Below are positions 47,630 to 56,831 of a DNA stretch of 64,000 nt, one piece after another. This DNA is from Parachlamydiaceae bacterium. Lineage in GTDB: Bacteria; Chlamydiota; Chlamydiia; Chlamydiales; Parachlamydiaceae. A model generated the notes under the pieces. The model was given only the letters and a program-made list of their open reading frames with translations, had not been told where the DNA came from and made no database searches. The stretch spans positions 236 to 64,235 of the forward strand of contig JACDHD010000005.1 of the NCBI GenBank assembly GCA_013821265.1. The letters are read 5' to 3'. Each line of letters opens with the position of its first letter. Position 1 is the first letter of the stretch. The position numbers and the translations under genes were made by a program.

Positions 47630-48190
47630 ATGCAATTTGCCACTCCCGCACAATGGATTTTAGGATTTCTTTTGGTTTTAGCATCTTTAGGTGTGATCTT
47701 GGCACGTAAACCTGTTCATTCGAGCTTGTCGTTTTTCCTTACTCTAATGATTCTAGCTGCTATCTACCTAGAGCTCTCCGCACAGTTTATCGCTGTGATG
47801 CAGATCCTTGTCTACGCTGGCGCCATCCTTGTTATTTTCATGTTTGTCATTGTACTTTTTCAGGATGCTCACGAACATATAGATCGCTATCGTGCACAAA
47901 CAAAACCCTTTTTAATCATCTCGGCGAGCGTAGCTTTTGTATTAACCCTCATCGTATTGGGAAGTAAGCTTTTGGTTATTCCTCCAGCAAATAGTGAAGC
48001 CGCCGCAGATTTTGGTTCTGTCGAATCGTTGGGAAAGCTGCTTTATTTGGACTTCTTTTTCCCTTTTGAAGCTGTTGTCCTACTGTTTTTAATCGCTATC
48101 GTAGGCTCCCTATACATTGCCAGAAAGCTGAGTCGTCAGGAAAAACGCGCCCATTTCGATAAAACTCAAATTTCCCAACAACCGGAGTAA
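47630..48190 (+). CDS. nuoJ: NADH-quinone oxidoreductase subunit J
   Basis: 186 aa, hydrophobic, VYAGAILVIFMFV block. Position in the operon fits. Confidence 0.88.
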   Translation: MQFATPAQWILGFLLVLASLGVILARKPVHSSLSFFLTLMILAAIYLELSAQFIAVMQILVYAGAILVIFMFVIVLFQDAHEHIDRYRAQTKPFLIISASVAFVLTLIVLGSKLLVIPPANSEAAADFGSVESLGKLLYLDFFFPFEAVVLLFLIAIVGSLYIARKLSRQEKRAHFDKTQISQQPE

Positions 48191-48192
48191 AC

Positions 48193-48492
48193 ATGGATAT
48201 TACCCTTGTTGTTTTTATTAGCATGGCAATGTTTGCAATTGGCGTTATCGGGACACTCATCAAACGCAACGCCTTGATCTTTTTTCTCTCAATCGAATTA
48301 ATGTTAAATGCTGCCAACTTGCTGTTTGTGGCGTTTGCACGTGAATGGGGGAATGAAATTGGACTGGCCTGGGTGTTCTTTGTACTGGTAGTTGCAGCTG
48401 CAGAGGCTGCTGTGGGCTTAGCGATCATCATCAGTCTATTCCGTTCAAGACAGGTTGTGGATGTCGACCAATTTAATGTGTTGAGGGGTTAA
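48193..48492 (+). CDS. nuoK: NADH-quinone oxidoreductase subunit K
   Basis: 99 aa, 3 TM, LSIELMLNAANL and AAAEAAVGLAI blocks. Confidence 0.92.
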   Translation: MDITLVVFISMAMFAIGVIGTLIKRNALIFFLSIELMLNAANLLFVAFAREWGNEIGLAWVFFVLVVAAAEAAVGLAIIISLFRSRQVVDVDQFNVLRG

Positions 48493-48493
48493 T

Positions 48494-50356
48494 ATGCAGC
48501 ACGTCATCACCACAGGACTATTTGCTCCTTTGATTGGCTTTTTAATCCTATTGTTCTCATCGCCGATCATTAAGCGACGCCTCACAGGGATCATTGCCTG
48601 CACTACCTTATTTATTAGCTTTTGCTGCTTTTCTTCCATTATCTTCCTTGCTCATGATCTAGATCTGAAATTTAGTTTGTTCAAATGGATCTCTTTTGCC
48701 GGTATCGATGCAGACTTCATGCTGCATCTAGACTCACTTTCTCTACTGATGTGCCTCATTATTACTGGTGTGGGCTTTCTCATTCACGTCTATTCGATTG
48801 GATACATGGAGCATGAAAACGACTACGCACGCTACTTTGCCTGTTTAAACTTTTTCGTTTTTTCCATGCTCCTACTAGTTCTAGCGGGTCATTTACTCTT
48901 GCTGTTTGTCGGATGGGAAGGCGTCGGTTTAGCCTCCTACCTTTTGATCGGTTTCTGGTATGAACGACCCAGCGCGGCATCAGCGGCAACAAAAGCATTT
49001 GTTGTGAATAGAATTGGAGACCTGGGATTACTTCTAGGGATCCTTTTGACCCTCTACACTTTCGGCACAGGCAATATGGAGACCATTTCAGATATGGCCA
49101 GCCATAAGTTTGCTGTGGGTGCTCCCTTGATAACAATCATCACCCTTCTCTATTTTGTGGGTGCTACCGGTAAATCTGCTCAGCTGCCCCTACACACATG
49201 GTTACCAGATGCCATGGAAGGTCCAACTCCCGTCTCTGCACTGATCCATGCAGCCACAATGGTAACTGCCGGAGTCTACTTAGTCGTCAGAATGCACCCT
49301 CTCTTTTTACTATCTCCTTTTACCTTACAAGTTGTGGGGGTTATCGGAGGAGTCACAGCCCTATTCGCGGCTTTATGCGCGTTGGCACAAACCGATTTAA
49401 AACGAGTCTTAGCCTACTCTACAATCAGCCAATTAGGATTTATGTTTCTTGCTTGTGGAGCCGGTGCCTTTTATTCTGCAATGTTTCACTTAACGACTCA
49501 TGCCTTTATGAAGGCTCTCTTATTTCTTTCCGCTGGTAATGTACTGCACATGATGCATGACATTACAGATATGAACCGCATGGGTGGCCTCGCGCGAAAA
49601 TTGCCTGTCACAAATTGGCTCTTTTTGATTGGAGTCCTTGCGATGTCTGGAATACCACCTCTAGCAGCCTTCTTTAGTAAAGACCTCATTCTTGAACAAG
49701 AGCATTTGGCAGGATTTGAAGTGTTGTATTACATTGCCTTTGCCGCTTCTGTTCTTACAGCGATCTATTTGATGCGCGCTTACTGCCTAACATTTTGGGG
49801 AACACCTCGCGCTTCAAGCTACATATGGAACTCTATCCAAGAAGCTCCACGGATAATGATCATCCCCTTAATCCTTCTAGCAGTCTTAGCAATTTTAGGA
49901 GGATTTTTAGGTTACACTTTTAACTACACTCCACCTCTTGAAGAATTTTTAGATGAAATCAGTATGACATCCGCAGAGCAACACTTGCTTTCGACTGAAT
50001 TTTTTAATTCTGAAACTCTTACTACTCTTGTCGCCGTCCTAGTTGCTATGGGAGGAACGATTTTGATGTATACGACGTTTGCTGATTACCTTTTGCCTTC
50101 TTTAACAGTGCTCAAGCGCGCTTTCTTCGTCGACGAGATCTATGATTTCATTTTTGTACGCCCCCTGAAAGCAGTGGCCAAAGGAATTGCATCGATTGTA
50201 GAACCTCGCGTGTTTGATGAATCGATTCGCGTTTCGGCACGATCGACGCAAGGCATCGCACAACACCTACAAAACTGGCAAAATGGCCAAATTCGCTCCT
50301 ATGTTGCTTGCTTTGTATTGGGAACCGTTTTATTAATTGCATACCTAGTACACTGA
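48494..50356 (+). CDS. nuoL: NADH-quinone oxidoreductase subunit L
   Basis: 620 aa antiporter-like subunit. GWEGVGLASYLLIGFW and WLPDAMEGPTPVSALIHAATMVTAG. Confidence 0.95.
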   Translation: MQHVITTGLFAPLIGFLILLFSSPIIKRRLTGIIACTTLFISFCCFSSIIFLAHDLDLKFSLFKWISFAGIDADFMLHLDSLSLLMCLIITGVGFLIHVYSIGYMEHENDYARYFACLNFFVFSMLLLVLAGHLLLLFVGWEGVGLASYLLIGFWYERPSAASAATKAFVVNRIGDLGLLLGILLTLYTFGTGNMETISDMASHKFAVGAPLITIITLLYFVGATGKSAQLPLHTWLPDAMEGPTPVSALIHAATMVTAGVYLVVRMHPLFLLSPFTLQVVGVIGGVTALFAALCALAQTDLKRVLAYSTISQLGFMFLACGAGAFYSAMFHLTTHAFMKALLFLSAGNVLHMMHDITDMNRMGGLARKLPVTNWLFLIGVLAMSGIPPLAAFFSKDLILEQEHLAGFEVLYYIAFAASVLTAIYLMRAYCLTFWGTPRASSYIWNSIQEAPRIMIIPLILLAVLAILGGFLGYTFNYTPPLEEFLDEISMTSAEQHLLSTEFFNSETLTTLVAVLVAMGGTILMYTTFADYLLPSLTVLKRAFFVDEIYDFIFVRPLKAVAKGIASIVEPRVFDESIRVSARSTQGIAQHLQNWQNGQIRSYVACFVLGTVLLIAYLVH

Positions 50357-50378
50357 AAAAGTTTTTTAAGGAATCGTC

Positions 50379-51830
50379 ATGTCGCATTTAGTCCTACTAT
50401 TTATCGTTCCTCTAATCGCTTCCTTACTAGCGTTTATTACAGTCGGCCTATCCAAAAAGCTATTTAAACGCATCGCCTGCGTGTTGAGCGCTATTCCTCT
50501 GGCAATATTACTATTTGAACACCATCATTGGATGGGTTCTGAGATCCACTACGACTGGATTCCAGCACTATCAATTCATTTTCACCTACATGTCGATGGC
50601 CTCAGCTTAGCCTTCCTTTATCTGGTCGCCATTATCACTCCAATTAGCTTACTGGCGGAACGCAGTGCTGCGATCTCAAATCCTAATGTTTTCTATGGAC
50701 TAGTTTTACTTGTTCAAGGACTCCTCTTTGGATTCTTTATGGCGCGCGATCTAGCTCTCTTTACGCTATTTTGGGAAGCGATGTTGATCCCCCTCTACTT
50801 TATCATTGCTCTTTGGGGCGGAGTCCAACGTCAACATGCAGCTCTGAAATTTTTGATCTACATGATAGTCGGATCTTCCCTCATGGTAGCCGCTGTGCTA
50901 GGATTGTTCTTCGTTCAAGGCTCTAATACGTTTAACATGGATGTTCTTCAGAGCGTTGCCGAAAGTGCGCCTTATGCTCCATGGATATGCGCCATTTTCC
51001 TACTAGCCTTTGCCGTCAAAACACCTCTATTCCCCTTTCATGCATGGCTTCCCGATACCTATTACCAAGCGCCTATAACAGGAACCATTTTGCTTTCCGC
51101 TCTACTCTCAAAAGCTGGAATTTACGGAATCATCCGTATCGGGATCGGTTTCTTTCCAACCATCTTGCAAAGTTGGAGTCCTATTCTGATTGGACTTGCA
51201 ATCACTGGAACACTCTACGCAGGATTAGCCGCATGGCGCCAAACAGACTACAAACGCCTCATCGCCTACTCTAGTTTGGCCCACGTAAATTTCATCTTAG
51301 TCGGTCTATTCGTCTGGAATGAAGCAGGTCAGTTAGGTGCCACACTACAAGCTCTGAATCATGGAGTAACCATTGCAGCCCTCTTTCTAATCGCAGGCTG
51401 GCTTGAAGATCGTCTCCACTCAACAGCATTTACCGCTGGTCAAGGGTTGGCGGCTTACTTTCCCAAACTTTGCTGGCTCACCCTGTTCTTTGTGATCGCT
51501 TCTGTAGCGCTGCCTGGAACTAATAATTTTGTGGGAGAACTTCTTATTCTTTATGGATTATTTGCAGAGCATCCATGGGCGACAGCAGTCTTGGGAACGA
51601 CCGTAATTTTATCTGTCATCTACATGCTCCGCTTCATGCAAAAGCTCTACTTCGAAACTGCATCGCCTCAGCAACCCAACTGGCACGACATTCGTTTACG
51701 CGAACTGGTCACCGCCCTACCGTTAGTTGCTCTCATTCTATGGGTAGGCATTTATCCTGCTCCTTTAATGAAGCTATTGGAAACTCCCACTAATCCGACT
51801 GTTGCCTTACACATGGAGCTCCCGCGATGA
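50379..51830 (+). CDS. nuoM: NADH-quinone oxidoreductase subunit M
   Basis: 483 aa antiporter-like subunit. FPFHAWLPDTYYQAP and LIAYSSLAH blocks. Confidence 0.93.
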   Translation: MSHLVLLFIVPLIASLLAFITVGLSKKLFKRIACVLSAIPLAILLFEHHHWMGSEIHYDWIPALSIHFHLHVDGLSLAFLYLVAIITPISLLAERSAAISNPNVFYGLVLLVQGLLFGFFMARDLALFTLFWEAMLIPLYFIIALWGGVQRQHAALKFLIYMIVGSSLMVAAVLGLFFVQGSNTFNMDVLQSVAESAPYAPWICAIFLLAFAVKTPLFPFHAWLPDTYYQAPITGTILLSALLSKAGIYGIIRIGIGFFPTILQSWSPILIGLAITGTLYAGLAAWRQTDYKRLIAYSSLAHVNFILVGLFVWNEAGQLGATLQALNHGVTIAALFLIAGWLEDRLHSTAFTAGQGLAAYFPKLCWLTLFFVIASVALPGTNNFVGELLILYGLFAEHPWATAVLGTTVILSVIYMLRFMQKLYFETASPQQPNWHDIRLRELVTALPLVALILWVGIYPAPLMKLLETPTNPTVALHMELPR

Positions 51831-53260
51831 ACCCAAGACTATCACCTCAAGATTTTGCAGCGCTAAGTCCACTTTTAGTGCTTCTAGGAGGCGCTTTATT
51901 CGTTCTTTTAGTAGAAAGTTTTTTTGCTTCTTTCTCAAAACGCATTTCCTCTGTTCTGACATTTTTAACGTTTATTACTGCTTTAGTGGCTGTTGCTCTC
52001 GCCCCAGCTAGCGATAACCCCCTACTTACTCCATGGCTGCATTTTGACCACTTAACCTTCGTATTTACTGTTCTCTTTTTAGTGGTGGGTGCTGCCTGTT
52101 CACTGCTAGCAGAGGCCTTTTTTCACCGTTTTGAATCGAGCTGCGGAGAATATAATTTTTTGCTGATCTCCGCTATTTTTGGATTAATTTTGATCGGAGC
52201 TTCCGCTGACTTCTTAACTCTCTTTCTAGGAATCGAAACGCTTTCAATTTCGCTTTACGTACTGTGCGGATATGTCAAAAAATGGGTTGTTTCGCATGAA
52301 GCAGCCCTAAAGTACTTTCTAATCGGAGCCCTTGCCACAGCCTTTCTATTGTATGGCATCGCTTTAATCTATGGAGCGATTGGCTCAACGCGTCTTGATC
52401 AATTACAAAACTATAAAACAATCGCTTCAGGACCTCAAAGTATTCTGTTTCTAAGCGGGATTGCTTTGGTGACACTTGGATTAGCCTTTAAGGCCGCTGT
52501 CGTTCCTTTTCACATGTGGGCTCCTGACGTCTATTCCGGAGCTCCCACGCCAGTTACAGCGCTCATGGCCGTAGGAACAAAGATCGGAGCCTTTGCCGCC
52601 TTTGTGCGTATCTTTTTAGATGGTGGGTTGCCTCAGTTTGATCCTCTATGGCATCAAGCAATCGCCTTTCTAGCATACCCAACACTCATTTACGCTAATA
52701 TTGTTGCCTTGCGTCAGGTGCAGTTGCGACGATTTTTTGCTTACTCAGGAATTTCGCATGCGGGCTTCCTTCTTATTCCTGTGGCAGTTGGAACCCCTGT
52801 AGCCCTTTCAGCACTACTTTTCTACCTCGTTGTCTATGCGTTGGCAACATTGGGAGCTTTCGCAGTACTCGCCTATTTAGATCAACGCAGTGAAGGAGTG
52901 ATGATTCGCGATCTGTATGGTCTTTTTCAACGCTCACCTTGGCTTGCAGGGATCTTTTCTTTCTGTTTGTTAACGTTAGCTGGTATTCCCCCGACAGCCG
53001 GATTTCTCGCAAAATTTTATATCTTTAAAGTGGCTTTTGAAGCGCATTATTATGGATTAGTGATTGTGGGACTGCTCACAACAATTCTGTCAGCTTATTA
53101 CTATTTGCGGATTGCTGCAGTATTGTTTACACAAAATCCCGAAGAGGATTTTTCAAAGAAGCATTTATGGCCTGCAGGGATAGTGGGGGTTGCTTCCGTT
53201 ACATTGTTGCTGTTGCTTTCTGTGTACCCAACTCCGTTAATAGAATGGTTGGGGGTCTGA
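51827..53260 (+). CDS. nuoN: NADH-quinone oxidoreductase subunit N
   Basis: 477 aa antiporter-like subunit. PFHMWAPDVYSGAPTPVTA block. 4-nt overlap with nuoM. Confidence 0.93.
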   Translation: MNPRLSPQDFAALSPLLVLLGGALFVLLVESFFASFSKRISSVLTFLTFITALVAVALAPASDNPLLTPWLHFDHLTFVFTVLFLVVGAACSLLAEAFFHRFESSCGEYNFLLISAIFGLILIGASADFLTLFLGIETLSISLYVLCGYVKKWVVSHEAALKYFLIGALATAFLLYGIALIYGAIGSTRLDQLQNYKTIASGPQSILFLSGIALVTLGLAFKAAVVPFHMWAPDVYSGAPTPVTALMAVGTKIGAFAAFVRIFLDGGLPQFDPLWHQAIAFLAYPTLIYANIVALRQVQLRRFFAYSGISHAGFLLIPVAVGTPVALSALLFYLVVYALATLGAFAVLAYLDQRSEGVMIRDLYGLFQRSPWLAGIFSFCLLTLAGIPPTAGFLAKFYIFKVAFEAHYYGLVIVGLLTTILSAYYYLRIAAVLFTQNPEEDFSKKHLWPAGIVGVASVTLLLLLSVYPTPLIEWLGV

Positions 53261-53280
53261 AACGTGTGCATCGAATGTGC

Positions 53281-53450
53281 TTTCCCGTGCCCGTGCCCGT
53301 GAGCGTGCCCGTGCCCGACTTGCTAAAAAAACAAGGCACAATGTGATATTCTTAACGTTTCCATGCCCTCATTCTAATTTTAGGAATCGGGCACGGGCAC
53401 GCTCACGGGCACGGGCACGCTCACGGGCACGGGCACGGAAAGGACGAATA
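53281..53450. repeat. GCACGG-arm palindromic element downstream of nuoN
   Basis: cccgtgcccgtgcccgtgagcgtgcccgtgcccg ... cgggcacgggcacgctcacgggcacgggcacgctcacgggcacgggcacgg. Confidence 0.9.
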
Positions 53451-53467
53451 AGGCAACCTAAGGATGT

Positions 53468-54109
53468 CTACGTATCCTTTTTGAACTTTTCCTGAGTATC
53501 TACAGCAAACGCTGAAAACATCTTGAGGATACGCATATCGATCGACTTCGGACAGTATACTTGCACATCCCAATGATCGGTAGTGCTCTGGACATAGTTA
53601 CGCTTAAAACTTGCTAAATTGCGCTGTTCATTTTCTGGATCTACAACCGTAAAAGAAGCTCCTTTTAAGTCGAGGTAAGCGATTCCGACACAGTCTCCCA
53701 TAGCGTTGTAGATGCTAAATTTCGCGGCAGCGCCAGTGATAACTTGCCCATCAACAAAGCCAACGTAGCCTCCATCTTTGTCATAAATATCGATCTCTGT
53801 TGCCCATGTAAAGATAGAACCCAAAGACAATTTGCGACAAATTCCTAAGGCTTCATAATTCCCGTCGACGTCATACAGATCATAATTTGTGCGTAGGCGA
53901 AAAGAACTCTTCGTGATTGATCCAAGATTGTTTTTCCCCTGACTGAGTTCAAATCTTGTTTCAAATGAAAATTCACGTTTGCAAGCTTGAAACGTGAGAA
54001 TTTTTTCTTCCGGAACTGGAACTTGAACCACAGGCTCATCTAATGGCAATTCTTCAGCAAAAACAGGAGCACTCAAAAAAAGTAAAGCTGTCAACAATCT
54101 ATAGAGCAT
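53468..54109 (-). CDS. Hypothetical secreted protein
   Basis: 213 aa. Signal peptide LLTALLFLSAPVFA. An internally repeated beta-rich motif (YDLYDVDGNYEALG / IDIYDKDGGYVGFVDG / FSIYNAMGDCVGIAYLD). Confidence 0.6.
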   Translation of the reverse strand: MLYRLLTALLFLSAPVFAEELPLDEPVVQVPVPEEKILTFQACKREFSFETRFELSQGKNNLGSITKSSFRLRTNYDLYDVDGNYEALGICRKLSLGSIFTWATEIDIYDKDGGYVGFVDGQVITGAAAKFSIYNAMGDCVGIAYLDLKGASFTVVDPENEQRNLASFKRNYVQSTTDHWDVQVYCPKSIDMRILKMFSAFAVDTQEKFKKDT

Positions 54110-54172
54110 GTTTTATCCTTTGTTTTACGAATGCTACCACCATTTGTAACTTTTTGCACATCTCTATCTTGT

Positions 54173-54538
54173 CTAGATTTGTTCAAGCTTAAAGTTGAGA
54201 AATCTATATGCCAAATCAGTTTCATATAAGTCAATTTCTGCAGAGATTCGCGGTCCTATTAAGGACTCTTTAATTGTCTTAACAACCTCACTACCAGTTA
54301 CCTGAGAAAAGTGACGCAGATAATAAAGAGCATAAAGACTATTGCCTGCTGCGATTGCTGTGGGAACAGTGCACCACAATGAGAAACAACACAGTGCGAC
54401 TGCCATCACAGTCCCTATCAACGAAAATGTAGCGTATTTTTTATATCGTTGATAATGATAATCGACATGACTTTGAATTTCTGAATCTGTTGTAGATTTA
54501 GTTACTAAAATATATGAAGAACCTGTAATTGCAGTCAT
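54173..54538 (-). CDS. Small membrane protein with a bilobed hydrophobic domain (Inc-like topology)
   Basis: 121 aa. FSLIGTVMAVALCCFSLWCTVPTAIAAGNSLYALYYL forms two adjacent hydrophobic lobes with a short turn. Confidence 0.5.
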   Translation of the reverse strand: MTAITGSSYILVTKSTTDSEIQSHVDYHYQRYKKYATFSLIGTVMAVALCCFSLWCTVPTAIAAGNSLYALYYLRHFSQVTGSEVVKTIKESLIGPRISAEIDLYETDLAYRFLNFKLEQI

Positions 54539-54646
54539 TGTTTACCCTATAGTTTTATTAAAACTAATATGATAAACAAATCGTGAATTTATTGCATTCT
54601 TTTTACACTTAGAATTACAGAAGCAGATATTAGTGCCACTAAAATT

Positions 54647-55193
54647 ATTGGACGGTTGGACATGGACTGACTGACAAATTGGACAAACTTGGACAAGAAT
54701 TGGAGAGAAGCTAGAGTTTCTACGGATTTAAAAACAGTAGACTTGTGATTTAAAACAGTATAATATTTTTCGTCCTTTTCGTCCTTTTCGTCCTTTTCGT
54801 CCTTTTCGTCCAATTGAGACAATTGCATAAGTCAAAAATGATTGTATTAACTTTCTTTTTATTTTTTTACCACTGAGACACAGAGGCACAGATCAGCACA
54901 GAGAGCGAGAGGCTATTTTATGGCTTTGGGCTTATTTGAGGATTGACTTTTCGATCTCTTTTTTAAAAAGCTGAGGCTTTTAAAAAAACCAGCCAAGGCG
55001 AAATTGTCTAACGACAATTTCGCATTTACATTGCTGCACAAAAAAGATGTTATGTTTCAGAGACATCTACAATTCGCTCTCTGTGCTGCTCTGTGCCTCT
55101 GTGTCTCCTAAGTAACTTCCACTCGGTGGTAAAAATAGATCGAAGACTTATGCAATTGTCTCAATTAGTCCATTTGTCCAATTCTAGGACAAC
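54647..55193. repeat. ~545-bp multilayer nested palindromic composite
   Basis: The layers, from outside in, are: TTGGACA-type arms (54647-54707 and 55161-55193); an unpaired GACGAAAAG x4-5 tract (54770-54812); caattgagacaattgcataagtc (54811-54833) pairing with gacttatgcaattgtctcaatt (55145-55166); CACAGAGG arms (54864-54912 and 55071-55135); and a central hairpin ggcgaaattgtc-taa-cgacaatttcgc (about 54998-55023). Confidence 0.85.
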
Positions 55194-55304
55194 GAAGCAT
55201 ACAGGATAATTCAATAATAAAAAATAATTATAAAAATATTTTATTGATTTAAACAATCATTTTTATTATAATTCTGTTTTTAGTTATATTAAATAAGGAA
55301 ATTT

Positions 55305-55856
55305 ATGCATCCATATAATAGAGATCAATATTCAAATCCAGATTTGTTTTCCCAAAAAACAGAGTCGGATACTCAGATAACCCCAGGAAAACCACTTACA
55401 ATTAAACATGTCAAAATGCCGGCTGGATGGGCTCAGGACATATTCATTAGACAATATTCAAAGACTCATGGAGGAATTTTGTACGAAGTAACTCCTCAAG
55501 TGCATGCGCAATTGCTACGTCTCTCGGAATCGCAACAAAAAAGAAGAGCGCCGCCTCAACCAGCTCGCTCCGATACTTCTCATGTAGATGACCGAACAAG
55601 TAAGGTGGCAATGAGTTCCCAGCGGAGAACAAAAAATCTTCCTATTGCCACAGAAGTATTAACTCCACGAATAGCCGCACCTGTTGCTGAAACAGCTGCC
55701 CTATCACAAAAAGCCCCAATCACACAAAAGGTAGAAAGAAGAAAACGACTCAGCTGCTCTTTTAACAGTAAAACTGTGTTGGAATATGGGTCTTTCGTCT
55801 TTGAAATGCTGCGATCTGTTGTTCCTTACACAAAAATAACCGAAAAAATTGCTTAA
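55305..55856 (+). CDS. Hypothetical protein (accessory block)
   Basis: 183-aa ORF in an AT-rich accessory block, with basic low-complexity middle and RRKRLSCSF near the C-terminus. Confidence 0.5.
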   Translation: MHPYNRDQYSNPDLFSQKTESDTQITPGKPLTIKHVKMPAGWAQDIFIRQYSKTHGGILYEVTPQVHAQLLRLSESQQKRRAPPQPARSDTSHVDDRTSKVAMSSQRRTKNLPIATEVLTPRIAAPVAETAALSQKAPITQKVERRKRLSCSFNSKTVLEYGSFVFEMLRSVVPYTKITEKIA

Positions 55857-55908
55857 TGAAAGATAGACAGGTATTATTAATAATTAATTATTCTAAAAGA
55901 GAAAATGT

Positions 55909-56757
55909 ATGCAACCTACAAATAGAAATTTTGAGCGTCAAGGCTTTGACATACGTCTTTTTGAATACTCTGCAATAACAGCTCCTCGCAGAGGCAAGGG
56001 ACCAATTGATATCACACCATCTGCCTCACCCGAAACTGACCTACACAATGGGGTAATCCGAATATCCGAATCTGTGTACAGCCTTTACCAAAAAACCGTA
56101 AAAGATCCTAAAACAATGTTGAATTTCCTTAAAGTTGCAACCCTTCAAGGCAGAGGGGACATACTAGACGAATTCGAAGCTCAAATGGAACCACGTTTTC
56201 AGTTTCTTGTAGCAAGCCGCAAATTGGATACAGCACTTGCCCAACTTCGTTCTTTACCACAGAGTCCAGAGATCTCTCAACTGAAGAATGTTATTAAAGC
56301 ACAAGCTATTACTGAAATGAAATTAAAACTTAATGCATTTTGTTATGCAAAATTAATGGTAACTATCCGCGATCGCAATACACAGAATCAGCCAGATCCT
56401 GAGGCAACTCCAGCACCTGCTGCACGTTCAGAACCTCCAGTACCACCATCACGTTCAGTACCTACTGCTAGTTCTACACCTTCAACACCTGCTACCCCTG
56501 CTGCTCCGACTGCACCTCCCGCACCCGCTACACCAAAACTCAATCAAAAGCCTTCTGGAGCACATAGAAAAGTGAGCTGCTGTAAGCTCGTGGGGTTAAT
56601 CGTTGCAAATCTTATCGTGACCATTATAGATGTTGTTTGTCGTATCTTTTCTTGTGGTGGATTCCGTCTCATTCAAGGTGAATCCGCTCTTCGCAAAGAT
56701 CTTAATTCAGCATTTAAGGAGTTTTTTCCTAAAAGCGTTCCGCAGAAAACCTCTTAA
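55909..56757 (+). CDS. Hypothetical Pro-rich protein with a Cys-rich hydrophobic C-terminal segment
   Basis: 282 aa. PDPEATPAPAARSEPPVPPSRSVPTASSTPSTPATPAAPTAPPAPATP linker, then HRKVSCCKLVGLIVANLIVTIIDVVCRIFSCGG. Confidence 0.55.
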   Translation: MQPTNRNFERQGFDIRLFEYSAITAPRRGKGPIDITPSASPETDLHNGVIRISESVYSLYQKTVKDPKTMLNFLKVATLQGRGDILDEFEAQMEPRFQFLVASRKLDTALAQLRSLPQSPEISQLKNVIKAQAITEMKLKLNAFCYAKLMVTIRDRNTQNQPDPEATPAPAARSEPPVPPSRSVPTASSTPSTPATPAAPTAPPAPATPKLNQKPSGAHRKVSCCKLVGLIVANLIVTIIDVVCRIFSCGGFRLIQGESALRKDLNSAFKEFFPKSVPQKTS

Positions 56758-56831
56758 TCAGGTAACAATTAATTGTTTTCTATTTATTTAGATGATAAAA
56801 TTGCCCTTTAATTTATACACAGGAATGTTTC

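Noticed and set aside
53277-53495. 72-aa ORF (MLSRARARERARARLAKK...RARARSRARARSRARARKG)
   Set aside because: It is simply the translation of the GCACGG-arm palindromic repeat downstream of nuoN. It has low-complexity Arg/Ala periodicity, no RBS, and the same repeat occurs elsewhere in non-coding contexts.
54589-54828. 79-aa ORF with DEKDEKDEKDEKDEK
   Set aside because: The acidic repeat is the GACGAAAAG tract read in frame, and the rest of the ORF spans other repeat modules of the nested composite. There is no independent coding evidence.
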